Shown here: piece by piece, positions 1 to 11,635 of the stretch
Position numbering within the stretch: position 1 is the first letter of the stretch
Layout of the letters: each line of letters opens with the position of its first letter
Assembly (NCBI GenBank): GCA_965225855.1
Contig: CBDDCK010000001.1
Span: forward strand, 192,001 to 256,000
Length of the DNA: 64,000 nt
Direction: 5' to 3'
Origin: Spirochaetia bacterium
GTDB lineage: Bacteria; Spirochaetota; Spirochaetia; SP-2023
The notes under the pieces: model-generated
What the model saw: only the letters and a program-made list of their open reading frames with translations
Databases searched by the model: none
Told to the model about the DNA's origin: nothing
Position numbers and translations under genes: made by a program

Positions 1-372
1 TGTTTAACTTTCGGGCAAAAGGCTTAGTGCTAAAATGCAAATTGGAAGCCTATATTGTAGAGAGCCAAAGTTGGGAAAAAATCGGTACTTTACGCTTAAA
101 AGGCGATCGAAGCTCGGACCAATTCCAAATAAAAGCAGTCGTTGCCCGCATTCGTTTGAGCAATTTTCAGTTAAAGAAAATGTAAATAAAAATAAGAATT
201 CTGTAATTTTTTACCTGTTTGTGTATCAAAAAGTGCAATTTTGTTTTTCCTTTTTTCGATAAAATCTTATGCTTTTTAGCTATCGCCAATCCTTTTTTTC
301 ACAAGCTGAATATTAAAATTTTTGCCTTAGTTACAAACCCAAGTGAGCTTTCAATAAAAAGGAATATGAATA

Positions 373-2895
373 ATGTCAGATAAAATTCAGATAGACTCTG
401 TTTACCCGATTCCGATTGAAGAAGAAGTACAGAAATCTTATCTGACTTATGCCATGTCGGTGATTGTATCACGGGCCTTGCCCGATGTGCGTGATGGGCT
501 AAAACCAGTGCATCGCCGCATTCTGTATTCTATGAATGACATGGGCCTGCACCACAACCGTCAGCCACGCAAAGCTGTTCGCGTTGTGGGCGATGTTCTA
601 GCCAAGTATCACCCACACGGCGACCAATCCGTTTACGATGCTTTGGTACGCATGGCCCAACATTTTTCCTTGCGTGAACCGATGATCGAAGGGCAAGGCA
701 ATTTTGGCTCTATTGACGGCGACCCACCAGCGGCTATGCGTTATACCGAGGCCCGGTTGTCCGCCATTTCAGAAGCTATGCTGCGCGATCTCAAAAAAGA
801 TACGGTTGATTTTCAGCCAAACTTTGACGATTCAGACAGTGAGCCAGTAGTACTTCCAGCAGCGATGCCATTTCTATTGGTCAATGGGGCTAGCGGTATC
901 GCGGTAGGCATGGCAACCAATATGGCTCCCCATAATCTGCAAGAAATTTGCGCAGCAACTTGTGCTTTCATCGCGAATCCCGAACTTAGCGATAAAGAAT
1001 TGCTCTCCTACGTCCAAGGTCCAGACTTCCCAACCGGTGGTATTATCCATGGCTTGCGCGGGGCAAAGCAAGCCTATCTAACCGGTAAAGGCCAAATTAT
1101 CATACGCTCGCGCCACCAGCTAGAAATATTGCATGGAGAGAGAGAAGCCATTGTCATTACGGAAATTCCATATATGGTCAATAAAGCCAATATGGTTATG
1201 AAAATTGCCGAATTAGTCAAAGATAAACGGGTTGATGGTATTTCTGACTTACGTGATGAGTCTAACCGCAACGGTATCCGCATTGTGATCGAATTGAAAA
1301 AAGGCTTTTCGGCTGAAGTCCTGCTAAACCAATTATACAGCTTTAGCCCACTGCAAAGCTCATTCCACATTAACAACTTAGCACTCGATCACGGTAAGCC
1401 GAAATTATTCACATTGCGTGAAATGCTTCAAGCTTTCATTGCCCATCGCTTTGAAGTGCAAGAACGGCGCATTCGTTTTGACCTAGGCAAAGCCAAAGAT
1501 AAGGCCCATATCCTAGAAGGTTTGAAAATTGCTCAAGACAATATAGATGCGGTGATACAATTGATTCGCTCTTCAAGCACCGTTGATGTGGCACGCCAAG
1601 GACTTACGGAAAGTTTCAGCCTTTCCGAACGCCAAGCGGTAGCCATTTTGGAAATGCGTTTACAACGGCTGACCAACATGGAAATTCAAAAAATCATTGA
1701 CGAACTAAAGGAGCTGTATGAGCTAATTGCAAAACTAGAAGATTTATTAGCCCATTCCAAAAAAATCTATGCCTTGATCGGTGATGAAACCAATGAGCTA
1801 GGTCAAAAATATGGCTCTGCTAGGCGTACCGATATATCGCCTGTAGAAGTTGATGGCTCTATTTCTTTAGAAGATTTGATTCAAGAAGAAGAAATGATTG
1901 TGCTTATTTCGCACCAAGGCTTTGTCAAAAGGGTTCCGGCCCATGAATGCAAAGTACAAAGCCGCGGAGGCAAAGGCGTGCGAGTTTCCCAATTGCGCGA
2001 TGATGATTTCATCGAACATATTTTTACAGCCAATACTCATCATTATATTCTATTTGTCAGTACCGAAGGGAAGGCCTATTATCTCAAAGTCTATGAATTG
2101 CCTGAAGGTTCCAAAAATTCCAAAGGCAAACATGTGCGCAATCTGTTTCCTTTTGAAGAAAATGAAGAAATTACCGCCTATGTCGTTTTGCCGGAATTTA
2201 AGGAAGATACTTATTTATTTATGGCAACCCAGCAAGGCATGGTCAAGCGCGTTAGCACCTATGAGTTTCGCAATGCCAGAGTGCGCGGAATTAGAGCTAT
2301 TGAACTAAACGAAGATGATCACTTAGTAGGAGCAGAACTTACAGACGGCAATCTCGACTTACTACTTTTAACGCGTGATGGCAAAGGTTTACGTTTTAAC
2401 GAAAGTGAAGTCCGCGTTAGCGGCCGCTCAGCGCGTGGGGTTCGCGGCATTCGTTTAAAAGAAGATGACTGTTTAATTAGCGTTTGTTGCCAGCACGAAG
2501 AACATTCACAATTGCTGCTCATCAGTCAAAATGGTATTGGTAAGCGTTTAGCTTTTGACCAACTTAGCACCCATGCACGCGGAACTCAAGGCCAGCGCAG
2601 CTATAGCGTTACCGACAAAACCGGTTCCCTTGTCGATGTAAAAACTGTCCATGACGAGGACGCCGCTATTGTTACCACCGAACAAGGTAAAGCCATTCGC
2701 ATTGCCGTGAATAAAGTTTCTAGCTTGAGGCGAAACGCCTCTGGTGTGCGTTTACTGCGCGCCGGCGAAGGCGATAAAGTTGCAGGCCTAGCGATTATTG
2801 GGCCGCAGGAAGCAGAAAATAGACTAAATATGGAAACTTCCGAACCAGACAATGAGATTTTGGGAATTTTATATAATGGCGAAACAGGAGAATAA
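373..2895 (+). CDS. gyrA: DNA gyrase subunit A
   Basis: ALPDVRDGLKPVHRRILY, YHPHGD, AAMRYTEARL (catalytic Tyr), GyrA-box QSRGGKG and C-terminal pinwheel repeats. Confidence 0.96.
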   Translation: MSDKIQIDSVYPIPIEEEVQKSYLTYAMSVIVSRALPDVRDGLKPVHRRILYSMNDMGLHHNRQPRKAVRVVGDVLAKYHPHGDQSVYDALVRMAQHFSLREPMIEGQGNFGSIDGDPPAAMRYTEARLSAISEAMLRDLKKDTVDFQPNFDDSDSEPVVLPAAMPFLLVNGASGIAVGMATNMAPHNLQEICAATCAFIANPELSDKELLSYVQGPDFPTGGIIHGLRGAKQAYLTGKGQIIIRSRHQLEILHGEREAIVITEIPYMVNKANMVMKIAELVKDKRVDGISDLRDESNRNGIRIVIELKKGFSAEVLLNQLYSFSPLQSSFHINNLALDHGKPKLFTLREMLQAFIAHRFEVQERRIRFDLGKAKDKAHILEGLKIAQDNIDAVIQLIRSSSTVDVARQGLTESFSLSERQAVAILEMRLQRLTNMEIQKIIDELKELYELIAKLEDLLAHSKKIYALIGDETNELGQKYGSARRTDISPVEVDGSISLEDLIQEEEMIVLISHQGFVKRVPAHECKVQSRGGKGVRVSQLRDDDFIEHIFTANTHHYILFVSTEGKAYYLKVYELPEGSKNSKGKHVRNLFPFEENEEITAYVVLPEFKEDTYLFMATQQGMVKRVSTYEFRNARVRGIRAIELNEDDHLVGAELTDGNLDLLLLTRDGKGLRFNESEVRVSGRSARGVRGIRLKEDDCLISVCCQHEEHSQLLLISQNGIGKRLAFDQLSTHARGTQGQRSYSVTDKTGSLVDVKTVHDEDAAIVTTEQGKAIRIAVNKVSSLRRNASGVRLLRAGEGDKVAGLAIIGPQEAENRLNMETSEPDNEILGILYNGETGE

Positions 2896-2901
2896 AATAC
2901 T

Positions 2902-4722
2902 GTGCTACAATTAGTAAGGCGTTTTTTTCAACTATACTTCAAAAGTTTGCATAAGCGATTTGCCTGTATAATCCTATTGGCCATTGTTGCCGGAATTTTT
3001 GAGACCTTTGGTTTAATATTAATTTATCCCGTTTTACGTATTTTGATTGAGCCGGAAATCGTGCTCAATAATATTCATCTGCACCGCATTTATAAATTTT
3101 TGCAGCTCAGTGAACCTAAATTCTTAGCAGCCATATTCGCTGGGCTTGCCGTACTTCTATTTATAATCAAAAATCTATACATGGTTTTATTTATGCGGCT
3201 TCAATTAAATTTGATCCGTGATTGTAAAGTCAAAATACGGACTCAATTAATAAATTATTATATGCAAATGCCTTATATATCATTTTTGCAGAAAAAATCG
3301 TCTGCCTTGATAGGTATTATTCAAAATTCTACTGTACTAGCAATACATAATGTTATATTTTCTTTTATGAATTTAATCGTCAATATGATCATTAGCGGCA
3401 TTATTGTTTTTACATTGACCATTCAATATTTTTTATATTTATTTTTTTTAACTATTTTTATCAGCTCATCGGTATATGTTTTATATAAATTGATGCGCCG
3501 TAAATTGCATGTGTTAAGTGAAAAAAATCGCAATGGCATTATCGAAGAATATAAAGTTTTGCAGCAAAGTTTGGTTTCCATAAAAGAAACAAAAGTCAAC
3601 AATGCAGAGCCGTTCTTTATTAAAAGTTTTATTAAAGCTAATCGTGATTTGGCCATAATTGAAAGTAAGATGCTCCTCTATCAACGTATTCCGTCGTTTA
3701 TATTAGAGATCATCATCATTATTTTTATTGTTATTATGAGTCTAGCAGTGGTCCTATCCCAAGAAAATTCGGGTGTTGGGATTGTATCATCGCTGGGGGT
3801 TTTAGCAGCTGCGTCATTCCGTTTAGCACCTTTGGCAAGCCGTATTATTGCTGCTCTGAATGCAATGAGCTCTAGTAAAGCAGATTTGGAAATTTTGATT
3901 AAAGAAGCGGAAATGCCAGATTTCTTTCGTACACAACAACTTGCTCCACCCCTAGTCGACCAGCTGCCAAAGCAACTGCCACTTTGCCGTGAACTAAAAC
4001 TGGACAATATTAGTTTTTGTTATCCTAATTCTCAAAACCAAGCTCTAAAAAATGTGCATTTAACCATAAAAAGTGGAGAATTAATAGGTATTGTAGGGGC
4101 TTCGGGTGCCGGAAAAAGTACTTTTGCCGATATTTTGCTTGGCCTGTTAGAGCCCCAAACAGGCCAAGTATGCATTGATTCCACACTTCTTGCCCCAGAA
4201 AATATGTGCAATTGGCGGGTCAATATAGGTTATGTCCCCCAAGCAATTGTTTTAATTGATACCACAATACGCGAAAGTGTCGCTTTTGGCATTGCCCCTG
4301 AAGAGATTGACGACCAACAAGTAGAGCAAGCCTTAAAAAAAGCTAGCTTTTGGGACTTTGTCCAAACACTACCGCAAGGTATTTATGCGCCTGTAGGTGA
4401 AAATGGCAAAAATCTTTCTGGTGGACAACGCCAGAGGATTGCTATAGCCCGGGCACTGTATCGCAATGTTCAAGTACTTATATTAGATGAAGCAACTTCG
4501 GCTTTAGACAATGCCACTGAATTTGAAATTGCTTCAGCGATAGAGTCTTTGCGCGGAAAATGCACTATTTTGGTTATCGCCCATCGGCTTTCCACTTTAA
4601 AGCGCAGCGACCGTATTTTATTTTTCCGCGATGGCGAATTAGTGGACAGCGGCAGTTTTGCCGAATTATCCAAACACGAAGATTTTAAGCAAATGCTGGA
4701 AGTGTCAAAAATAGAAATTTAA
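2902..4722 (+). CDS. ABC exporter, fused permease/ATPase (MsbA/PglK/HetA-like, possibly glycan or lipid export)
   Basis: Hydrophobic N-terminal TMD; Walker A GASGAGKS, signature LSGGQRQR, Walker B ILDEATS, H-loop AHRLST. Confidence 0.9.
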   Translation: MLQLVRRFFQLYFKSLHKRFACIILLAIVAGIFETFGLILIYPVLRILIEPEIVLNNIHLHRIYKFLQLSEPKFLAAIFAGLAVLLFIIKNLYMVLFMRLQLNLIRDCKVKIRTQLINYYMQMPYISFLQKKSSALIGIIQNSTVLAIHNVIFSFMNLIVNMIISGIIVFTLTIQYFLYLFFLTIFISSSVYVLYKLMRRKLHVLSEKNRNGIIEEYKVLQQSLVSIKETKVNNAEPFFIKSFIKANRDLAIIESKMLLYQRIPSFILEIIIIIFIVIMSLAVVLSQENSGVGIVSSLGVLAAASFRLAPLASRIIAALNAMSSSKADLEILIKEAEMPDFFRTQQLAPPLVDQLPKQLPLCRELKLDNISFCYPNSQNQALKNVHLTIKSGELIGIVGASGAGKSTFADILLGLLEPQTGQVCIDSTLLAPENMCNWRVNIGYVPQAIVLIDTTIRESVAFGIAPEEIDDQQVEQALKKASFWDFVQTLPQGIYAPVGENGKNLSGGQRQRIAIARALYRNVQVLILDEATSALDNATEFEIASAIESLRGKCTILVIAHRLSTLKRSDRILFFRDGELVDSGSFAELSKHEDFKQMLEVSKIEI

Positions 4723-4769
4723 TTGACCAATAAACAATTTTAATAGCAAACTTTCATGGAAGGAAACTT

Positions 4770-5549
4770 ATGGATTATTTAGCTTTAGGAAAACAAATTT
4801 CCAACTGGTTACAGGATTACCTACAAAAGTCCAATTCGCGTTGTTTTGTGGTGGGGGTTTCTGGTGGGATTGATTCTGCTGTGGTTTCAACTTTAGCCGC
4901 CCAGACCAATAGTTTAACCTACATTTTGAATTTACCAATTCATTCTAAAAAAAACAATTCACAGCTTGCCGACAAACACTGCCGCAATTTGGCGCAACGT
5001 TTTCACAATGTGGGCCATTTGGAACAGGATTTTACGGCAGCTTATGATGCTTTTATGCAAATTGCCGAAACCCAAAATGTGCCGCATAATTTAGCCGCAG
5101 CTAACAGTAAATCACGGCTAAGAATGATGGCTCTCTACTATTTGGCCGGTAAAAACTCTGGAATTGTTGTCGGTACCGGCAATAAAGTGGAAGATTTTGG
5201 CGTAGGTTTTTTTACCAAATACGGCGATGGAGGAGTGGACGTCAGTCCAATTGCCGATTTGAATAAAAGCCAAGTCCGCAAACTAGGCAAGGCTTTAAAT
5301 GTTTTACAGGAAATTATTGATGCGCCGCCAACCGATGGTTTATGGGAAGATGACCGCAACGATGAACAACAAATTGGGGCCAGCTATGAAGAGCTTGAAT
5401 GGGCTATGCTTGCCGAAGAACAAGGAATTGCGCCAAACAATGAACGGGAGCAGGCCGTACTTCAGATTTACCGCAGTTTCCATTATAAGAATTTACACAA
5501 AATGCAAGAAATACCTGTATTTCATTTAAAATCTTTCTTCACAACTTGA
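4770..5549 (+). CDS. nadE: NH3-dependent NAD+ synthetase
   Basis: GVSGGIDSAV, GTGNKVE, FFTKYGDGG, PPTDGLW motifs; no glutaminase domain. Confidence 0.94.
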   Translation: MDYLALGKQISNWLQDYLQKSNSRCFVVGVSGGIDSAVVSTLAAQTNSLTYILNLPIHSKKNNSQLADKHCRNLAQRFHNVGHLEQDFTAAYDAFMQIAETQNVPHNLAAANSKSRLRMMALYYLAGKNSGIVVGTGNKVEDFGVGFFTKYGDGGVDVSPIADLNKSQVRKLGKALNVLQEIIDAPPTDGLWEDDRNDEQQIGASYEELEWAMLAEEQGIAPNNEREQAVLQIYRSFHYKNLHKMQEIPVFHLKSFFTT

Positions 5550-7126
5550 TAATTTAAATCTGCATCTGTATCAAGCTTTTCTTCTTGAGAATTAGCCAAA
5601 AGATTTGCACTGCATTCTTCTATCTGCTTTTGCAGCTCATTCGGCTCATATACATAGATATTATATTTTTCACTATGCGGAAATATAGCTGATGAAACAT
5701 GATGAAAGGCATAGATATGAATAGTGATAACATATTTATCATTATCATTAAAATCCATAATATCTTTTAAATTGTACAGCAGATCATGGTTAGTAAATGA
5801 CTGATCTAACTCCAAATAAATATAGACATTGGGAGTAGATTTTTTCCATCTATTGTAGGCTGAATCCCAATAATTTTCAGAATTTTGTATCATAATTGCA
5901 CCTAGCGTATCAGGCTGTAAAATTAACGGCGCAGATTCATTCTCGGGAACTTTGGTTGAAATAATCTTTAATGACAATCCAGTAATCGTATAATTTCGAG
6001 CCATCTCTTTTGCCCTTAGCATGGACGTACAAATTTTGGTGCAAAGATCGACAAATTTCTCTGCTTTTAAATGCAGATAATCATGAAACATACCTTCTTT
6101 AAGAAAGCTTTTAAATAATAAATAGCACTGATTGGCTTCATTATAAAAACTACTTTCAGGGGGTATATTTTTCCAAGTATCGCAAGCTTTCTCTAAATTA
6201 TGTATTTGCCGATAAGATTCTGCCTGCAACATCTTCAATGCATGGCACAGGCTTTCACTACTTTCCTTGTCAAAAAGTTGCATATAGTCTTCTACACCGC
6301 TAATCACAATATCATGATTATTTAATTTGGCTGAAATTTTAATTAAGTGGGGCAAGCCTTGTCTGGCCCAATTGGGATCCTTAACAACCCTTTGCAATAA
6401 TGAAAGAGCTGTCATATCTTTTCCACTCGTCTGCATCAAGGTTAAAGCTAAATAGTAGCGCAATTCATTAGAGTCATAATTATTTAGATATGCTTTATTC
6501 ATGTAATCCAAGGCCTGTGAAAAAAGTTTCTTCTCATAATAAATGCGCCCCAATTTGGCCATACTGGGGTAATGCGTAGGAGAATTTTGTAAAACTTTCT
6601 CAAATAAAGAAAGTGCAGTATCGTATTGATTCATTTCCAAAGCTTGGGAAGCTGCACAAAATAAATATTCAAAATTATTGGGGCGTTTTTTAAACAACAA
6701 CAAATATTCATAATAAGATTTTTCGTTATATCCAATCGCAGCGTAAATTCTGGCCAAATATTCAATGAGCTCTATTTCTGTAAGAAAATGGCTTTCTCCT
6801 GTTTGCCGTATCAATTGTAAGCCACAGTGTAAAGCATTATGAAATCCATCCATAAGAAAATATGCTTTCATTCGCAAGGCTAAAATATCAGCGAGTTCAC
6901 TTCCATGGTCCGATTTACGCGAAGCTAACTGATCAATAACGAACTTAGCATGATCGGTTTTACCCAGTTCTAATAACTGATCCATATCATCTAAATCATT
7001 GCGTTCGCGCTCTAACTTATGATGAGAACGACCAATATTTTTAGCCTGTAAGTAGTAAAATAAATATATAAAGAAAATAGCTATAAAAGCTAAAATTAAT
7101 AAAAAAATAGTCAGTAGCTGAAACAT
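5522..7126 (-). CDS. Membrane-anchored tetratricopeptide-repeat protein
   Basis: 534-aa ORF with N-terminal TM helix and TPR-like helices (A..LG..YY...F.QAL.Y..KA). Confidence 0.75.
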   Translation of the reverse strand: MFQLLTIFLLILAFIAIFFIYLFYYLQAKNIGRSHHKLERERNDLDDMDQLLELGKTDHAKFVIDQLASRKSDHGSELADILALRMKAYFLMDGFHNALHCGLQLIRQTGESHFLTEIELIEYLARIYAAIGYNEKSYYEYLLLFKKRPNNFEYLFCAASQALEMNQYDTALSLFEKVLQNSPTHYPSMAKLGRIYYEKKLFSQALDYMNKAYLNNYDSNELRYYLALTLMQTSGKDMTALSLLQRVVKDPNWARQGLPHLIKISAKLNNHDIVISGVEDYMQLFDKESSESLCHALKMLQAESYRQIHNLEKACDTWKNIPPESSFYNEANQCYLLFKSFLKEGMFHDYLHLKAEKFVDLCTKICTSMLRAKEMARNYTITGLSLKIISTKVPENESAPLILQPDTLGAIMIQNSENYWDSAYNRWKKSTPNVYIYLELDQSFTNHDLLYNLKDIMDFNDNDKYVITIHIYAFHHVSSAIFPHSEKYNIYVYEPNELQKQIEECSANLLANSQEEKLDTDADLNYQVVKKDFK

Positions 7127-7470
7127 TTCAAATAGATACTACAAAGCATGGGCATTCTGGTAAAGCTCAAGAACTAATTATTTCACTTACACTAAAAAAC
7201 GCAAATTTTATGCAACGATAAAAGTATAGGTTTACGCTATATTTTATTGAAATTTCTGTGCTAAATCTCTAATCTTTTCTTTGTCTTGCTCAGAGTTTCA
7301 CACTAGATAAACGGTATAGCCAAGGAATTTAATTCATAATAATTCACAATTGCAAACCTACTTTAGCAATGGCTCAAATTATATTTTCATTCCAATAATG
7401 GACGATTTATCATTCATTTTGATTTCAATGTCCTTTCAATAATTATTGACTATTTTCAATAGGGGATATC

Positions 7471-10400
7471 ATGCAGGGTGCCTTGAAGCTTCTCAAACAA
7501 CATTCCGAAAAGCAAGAATTTTTGCTGTATCAACAAAATATGGCTCCATTTACCCAATTTCGCTACAGTGTTCAAAATACAGAATCTGTTAGCTCAAGCT
7601 GGTCGGCCCGATTACTGCCTGGGTATAATACTTTTTCCTCTTGTTATATACTGCGCCAAAGGAATGCCACAGTGCTACTAAACCCTTGCTTTGAAACGCT
7701 TAAAGAAAATTACTCTCCCACATTGCAAAATGAGCTAGAATCTTGCCAATTATTAATTTTGCCAACTCCTAAAAAAGTTATTGGTTTGTACTTGAAGCTA
7801 GAACAAATACAACAAAATTTGTTCCAGCAACAAGAAAAGCAGACCAAACTTTCCCAAAATAAGGTCAAGAAACTGGAACGGAAAAAGCAATTATTCCAGC
7901 AACAGTTGCATACGGTTTGGGCTACATTTGCCCAAAACATTTGCACAACCTTTGATTTTATTAGAGCAAAACAGCAAAGCCCAGCCAAAAAATTACAAGT
8001 TTACTGTAGCGAACCTGTTGTATTTAATTTATACAACTACTTAACCGATAACCAAATCCAACCATACCACAACAGCGAGCTGGCCGGGGCATTACACTAT
8101 TTGCACAAAAATTTTGACTTTCTTCAATTCCATAGCCTATACACCCTACGGTATCAAGATGAGCAAAATACGGATACCCTAAATATCTCCGAAATAACAC
8201 AAAACACAACAGAAAATCTTTCTAAGATGCAAAGCTCCCACAGCTTCCAATGGAGAGGCTGGAATTTTGCTTTAGTGTTAGAGCCCAATAGATGGGGTGG
8301 AATATATTATAGCAAAATTTGTGCCTACCTCGAAAATGAACAGCTATTTATAAATATTGAATTAAACCGTTCTAAAGATAAATATTTATATATCCCTAAA
8401 AAAATACAAAGCAAATTAGAACCTAAGTTCACATCATGGGTAAAAAACAAACATGATTTTGTGGCCACACAAACTTCTCGCCTTTTGGGCCTGCAACCTT
8501 TTCTGCTACCAGATAATGGAGAATTACCAAAATCTATAGGGCTTTGCCAATTTCGCTGCATACGCTCTACTTTCATTCGGAAATTTTTTAGCCCCTTTGC
8601 CAAACGCATTTATCAGCGTGCCAACAAACACGCTTGGAACAATTCACAATCCAAACGTTTTTTGCCTCTTTCTTTAATCGTCTCTACGTCAACAAAGCAA
8701 CCAAGCCAATTTATTTTGCAAGGACAATTTGTATGGCTACAATCAGGAAGCCAAAACGCAACTCCACTGAAATTCGATTCAGCTAGTTTGCAAACAATCT
8801 CATTACAATACCAAGGCGGAATACAAGGTGCTTGGCCAAAAGAAAAATCTTTGTGGCAAAATCTCCAACAAACCGCTGCAAACATCGCTCAAATTGCAAC
8901 AACTCAACAAAAATCATTTTGCCTTTTAGTTGAGCGCGAGGCAACTTACTTTCTTTCTCATACAGGCTTATTGGAAGAAGAACAGGAAAATACTCAATTC
9001 ACTAAGCCATGGCGTAAAGGTTTTCACAGCAAAACCACAATGCAACAACCGTTATCGCTAAATGCCAAATTCTTTTGGAGCGAATTTTTCCAACATAGCA
9101 AGCATTCATCATTTCCAGCCATTTTGCTGTGGCATCTATGGAGCCATTTGGAACCAGCGATTGCGAAAAAAATCCAACGCAAACGCAAAATTGCCCAATT
9201 TTTGCGCAGCCAACAGCCAGACTTTGAACGACTACTACAACTTTTCGGTATTGAATGCCAATGGTCTACCCGACCAATAATGTATTACAAACCCAGTCTA
9301 AAAACTTTGGCTGAATTGTTACGCTTACCAAAAGTTTTACTCGGCAATAATAAAATTGAAGGCGCACAAGCTTGGCGCAAATTTTGGCTAAACATCCACA
9401 AAGAGCACCCGGTTACGGTAAAACAAACAAAGATTTACTATTACTGGCCTAATTGGCATGAAAAACTAGAACAGCTTGCCGGAGCTTGTAATGAACAACT
9501 TTTAGAAAATTTAAAGCAACGCTTACAAAAAGAAACGATGGCTTACCTACGGGTCTACAATTTAGAAACACAATTACGAAAATTCCAGCAGCGTTGCCAA
9601 CGCGATAAACATTTTGCAGAAGAGCTACTCAATTATCAGCAAGTGCAGCAGCACAGAAGTAAACTTATCTGGCAATTTATACGCCGATCTTGGCAGCCAT
9701 ATTTTGTGCTATGGACAAATAAAGCGAGTCATTTAAAAACGAAAATCCGTGGTACTTGGCTGATAACCACAGAAATTATGACCAGTCTCCAATTATGGCA
9801 TGTAGTTGCTAATATTTACCGAAATATTTTGCACATAATGTCGGCCATGACTAAAAGAGTCGTGCAAAATTACCAAGTGCGGCAAGGACTTGCAAAGCAG
9901 GCAAAATTACAAAAACTGCAAAAATACACAGTTCAAACGGAAGTCAAACGGCAAGCTAAAGCCGAGGCAATACGAGAGCAAGAAGCCTTTATTGCAGCAC
10001 GGCATGAACATAGAACACCAAAGCAAGAAGCTGCTATCACACGGCGCATGGCAAGACAAGAACATCAAATGATAATACAGCAACAGCGACAAAAAAAAGC
10101 TGCTGCTCGAATCAACCAAAAAACTTTGCAATTGCGCGAACGCACTATGGCACAACAACGCCGAAAAGCGAGGCAAACAACTGCTAGAGTCCACAACATG
10201 CAGCGTCTACGCTCACAACGGCAAGAACACTTACAATTGCTGTGGGCTCATTGGAACGACCGCTATGAAATCATTTTATCGCCATTTAAAAAACGAACTC
10301 GTAGTTGGTTAAAGTTTTATCGCAATCACCGAACAATTGCTGTTACCGCTATCAGTACCATCTCTTTTGCGTTGGTGGCCATTTTTTTCGTACCAAACGA

Positions 10401-11520
10401 AATTTATAATGATTTGTGGAGAGCTGTTTGGAAAGTTACTCCGAATGCTTTAGAAAACGTTTGGAAAATGCCAACCAATATTGAGCAGAAATCATCTACC
10501 CAATTTTTGGTGATAAACCAATCAAAGCAAGATAATCCTAAAATTCAACCAGAAAAAGAACAAAAATCGGTAAAGCAAAAAAACATTGCCAAATTACAAA
10601 ATACAAAGCCAACAAAAAATCCCAGTAGAGAAAATATTTCAAGCTCGGCACTTTCTCGCGCTGTTGCGCCACTTCAAGAAACAACTATAATTTCCAAGCA
10701 AACCCCAAGCCCTGAAAATATTACCGCTTCTAAGCCTATTGATAAGGCAACAAATGCAACAACGGTTACGCCGCCAAACGATTCAACAAATCAAGTGGCC
10801 CCTTCTGTCAATAAAAAAACTACTACTGAAATTATACTCGAACCGCTTAATGAAAGCCAACAAAAAAATACAAAACAACAAGTTTTCAATAAACCATTGA
10901 TTGGGCAAACTTCCGAACTTGCCAAAAAAACAGAGCAAGAGCAGCAAGCCAATGAATTGAGCCAACAACCTATTGAGTCCACTCAAAATGATGAAAGTGA
11001 AAAAAATAGCCAAACAAACAAAACAGAACAGGCCAATACACAGGTGTTAGAAAAAACAACAGAAAGTACGGAGAATGAAGAAAAAACGTCTAATATAAAA
11101 AATGAATCTTCTACAAGTACAGAAAAAAATACAGAATCAACAACCGATAACCCGCAACCCACGAATAGCAATAGTCCAATTGAAAAACCCAACAAAAATC
11201 CTAGCCAAACAAATCAAACAGATAATAATCAACCCCAAACAGAAAAAAACATCGAGCAGCCGCAAACAACAAATCCAAGCCAACCTGTAGAGCAAAGCAA
11301 CCAAGAAAACTTGCAACAGCAAGCAGCCCCAATAAATACTGCGCCCTCCGAAACAGAAAAAAATGCTAGCCCTAAAGCCATAGTTCCAGAAGACAAACCC
11401 ACAGACGAAGATAAAGAAAATGCAGATTCAAATACTGAACCCCAAAATCTCGAAAATCGCCAAAACAGCCCAAATGATAGCCAAGATGCAACCTCGGAAA
11501 AAACTAAGGATAAAAACTAA
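7471..11520 (+). CDS. Large hypothetical membrane protein with coiled-coil and low-complexity Q/N/T/E/P-rich C-terminus
   Basis: 1349-aa ORF with RBS-like GGGGA upstream; one TM segment near aa 960-977; disordered tail. Confidence 0.7.
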   Translation: MQGALKLLKQHSEKQEFLLYQQNMAPFTQFRYSVQNTESVSSSWSARLLPGYNTFSSCYILRQRNATVLLNPCFETLKENYSPTLQNELESCQLLILPTPKKVIGLYLKLEQIQQNLFQQQEKQTKLSQNKVKKLERKKQLFQQQLHTVWATFAQNICTTFDFIRAKQQSPAKKLQVYCSEPVVFNLYNYLTDNQIQPYHNSELAGALHYLHKNFDFLQFHSLYTLRYQDEQNTDTLNISEITQNTTENLSKMQSSHSFQWRGWNFALVLEPNRWGGIYYSKICAYLENEQLFINIELNRSKDKYLYIPKKIQSKLEPKFTSWVKNKHDFVATQTSRLLGLQPFLLPDNGELPKSIGLCQFRCIRSTFIRKFFSPFAKRIYQRANKHAWNNSQSKRFLPLSLIVSTSTKQPSQFILQGQFVWLQSGSQNATPLKFDSASLQTISLQYQGGIQGAWPKEKSLWQNLQQTAANIAQIATTQQKSFCLLVEREATYFLSHTGLLEEEQENTQFTKPWRKGFHSKTTMQQPLSLNAKFFWSEFFQHSKHSSFPAILLWHLWSHLEPAIAKKIQRKRKIAQFLRSQQPDFERLLQLFGIECQWSTRPIMYYKPSLKTLAELLRLPKVLLGNNKIEGAQAWRKFWLNIHKEHPVTVKQTKIYYYWPNWHEKLEQLAGACNEQLLENLKQRLQKETMAYLRVYNLETQLRKFQQRCQRDKHFAEELLNYQQVQQHRSKLIWQFIRRSWQPYFVLWTNKASHLKTKIRGTWLITTEIMTSLQLWHVVANIYRNILHIMSAMTKRVVQNYQVRQGLAKQAKLQKLQKYTVQTEVKRQAKAEAIREQEAFIAARHEHRTPKQEAAITRRMARQEHQMIIQQQRQKKAAARINQKTLQLRERTMAQQRRKARQTTARVHNMQRLRSQRQEHLQLLWAHWNDRYEIILSPFKKRTRSWLKFYRNHRTIAVTAISTISFALVAIFFVPNEIYNDLWRAVWKVTPNALENVWKMPTNIEQKSSTQFLVINQSKQDNPKIQPEKEQKSVKQKNIAKLQNTKPTKNPSRENISSSALSRAVAPLQETTIISKQTPSPENITASKPIDKATNATTVTPPNDSTNQVAPSVNKKTTTEIILEPLNESQQKNTKQQVFNKPLIGQTSELAKKTEQEQQANELSQQPIESTQNDESEKNSQTNKTEQANTQVLEKTTESTENEEKTSNIKNESSTSTEKNTESTTDNPQPTNSNSPIEKPNKNPSQTNQTDNNQPQTEKNIEQPQTTNPSQPVEQSNQENLQQQAAPINTAPSETEKNASPKAIVPEDKPTDEDKENADSNTEPQNLENRQNSPNDSQDATSEKTKDKN

Positions 11521-11635
11521 AATCAGTCTTGGATCAATAAATGATTGCAATAATCCTTATAATAAATTATTGTTAGCCATCCTAGCCAACTATGAGGAGT
11601 ATATCACAATGCCTTTGATAATTTTGATAACAAAG

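Noticed and set aside
1..372. AT-rich region upstream of gyrA as a possible oriC, and the 75-aa ORF 35..262
   Set aside because: No cluster of TTATCCACA-like DnaA boxes seen; the ORF has no recognisable motif
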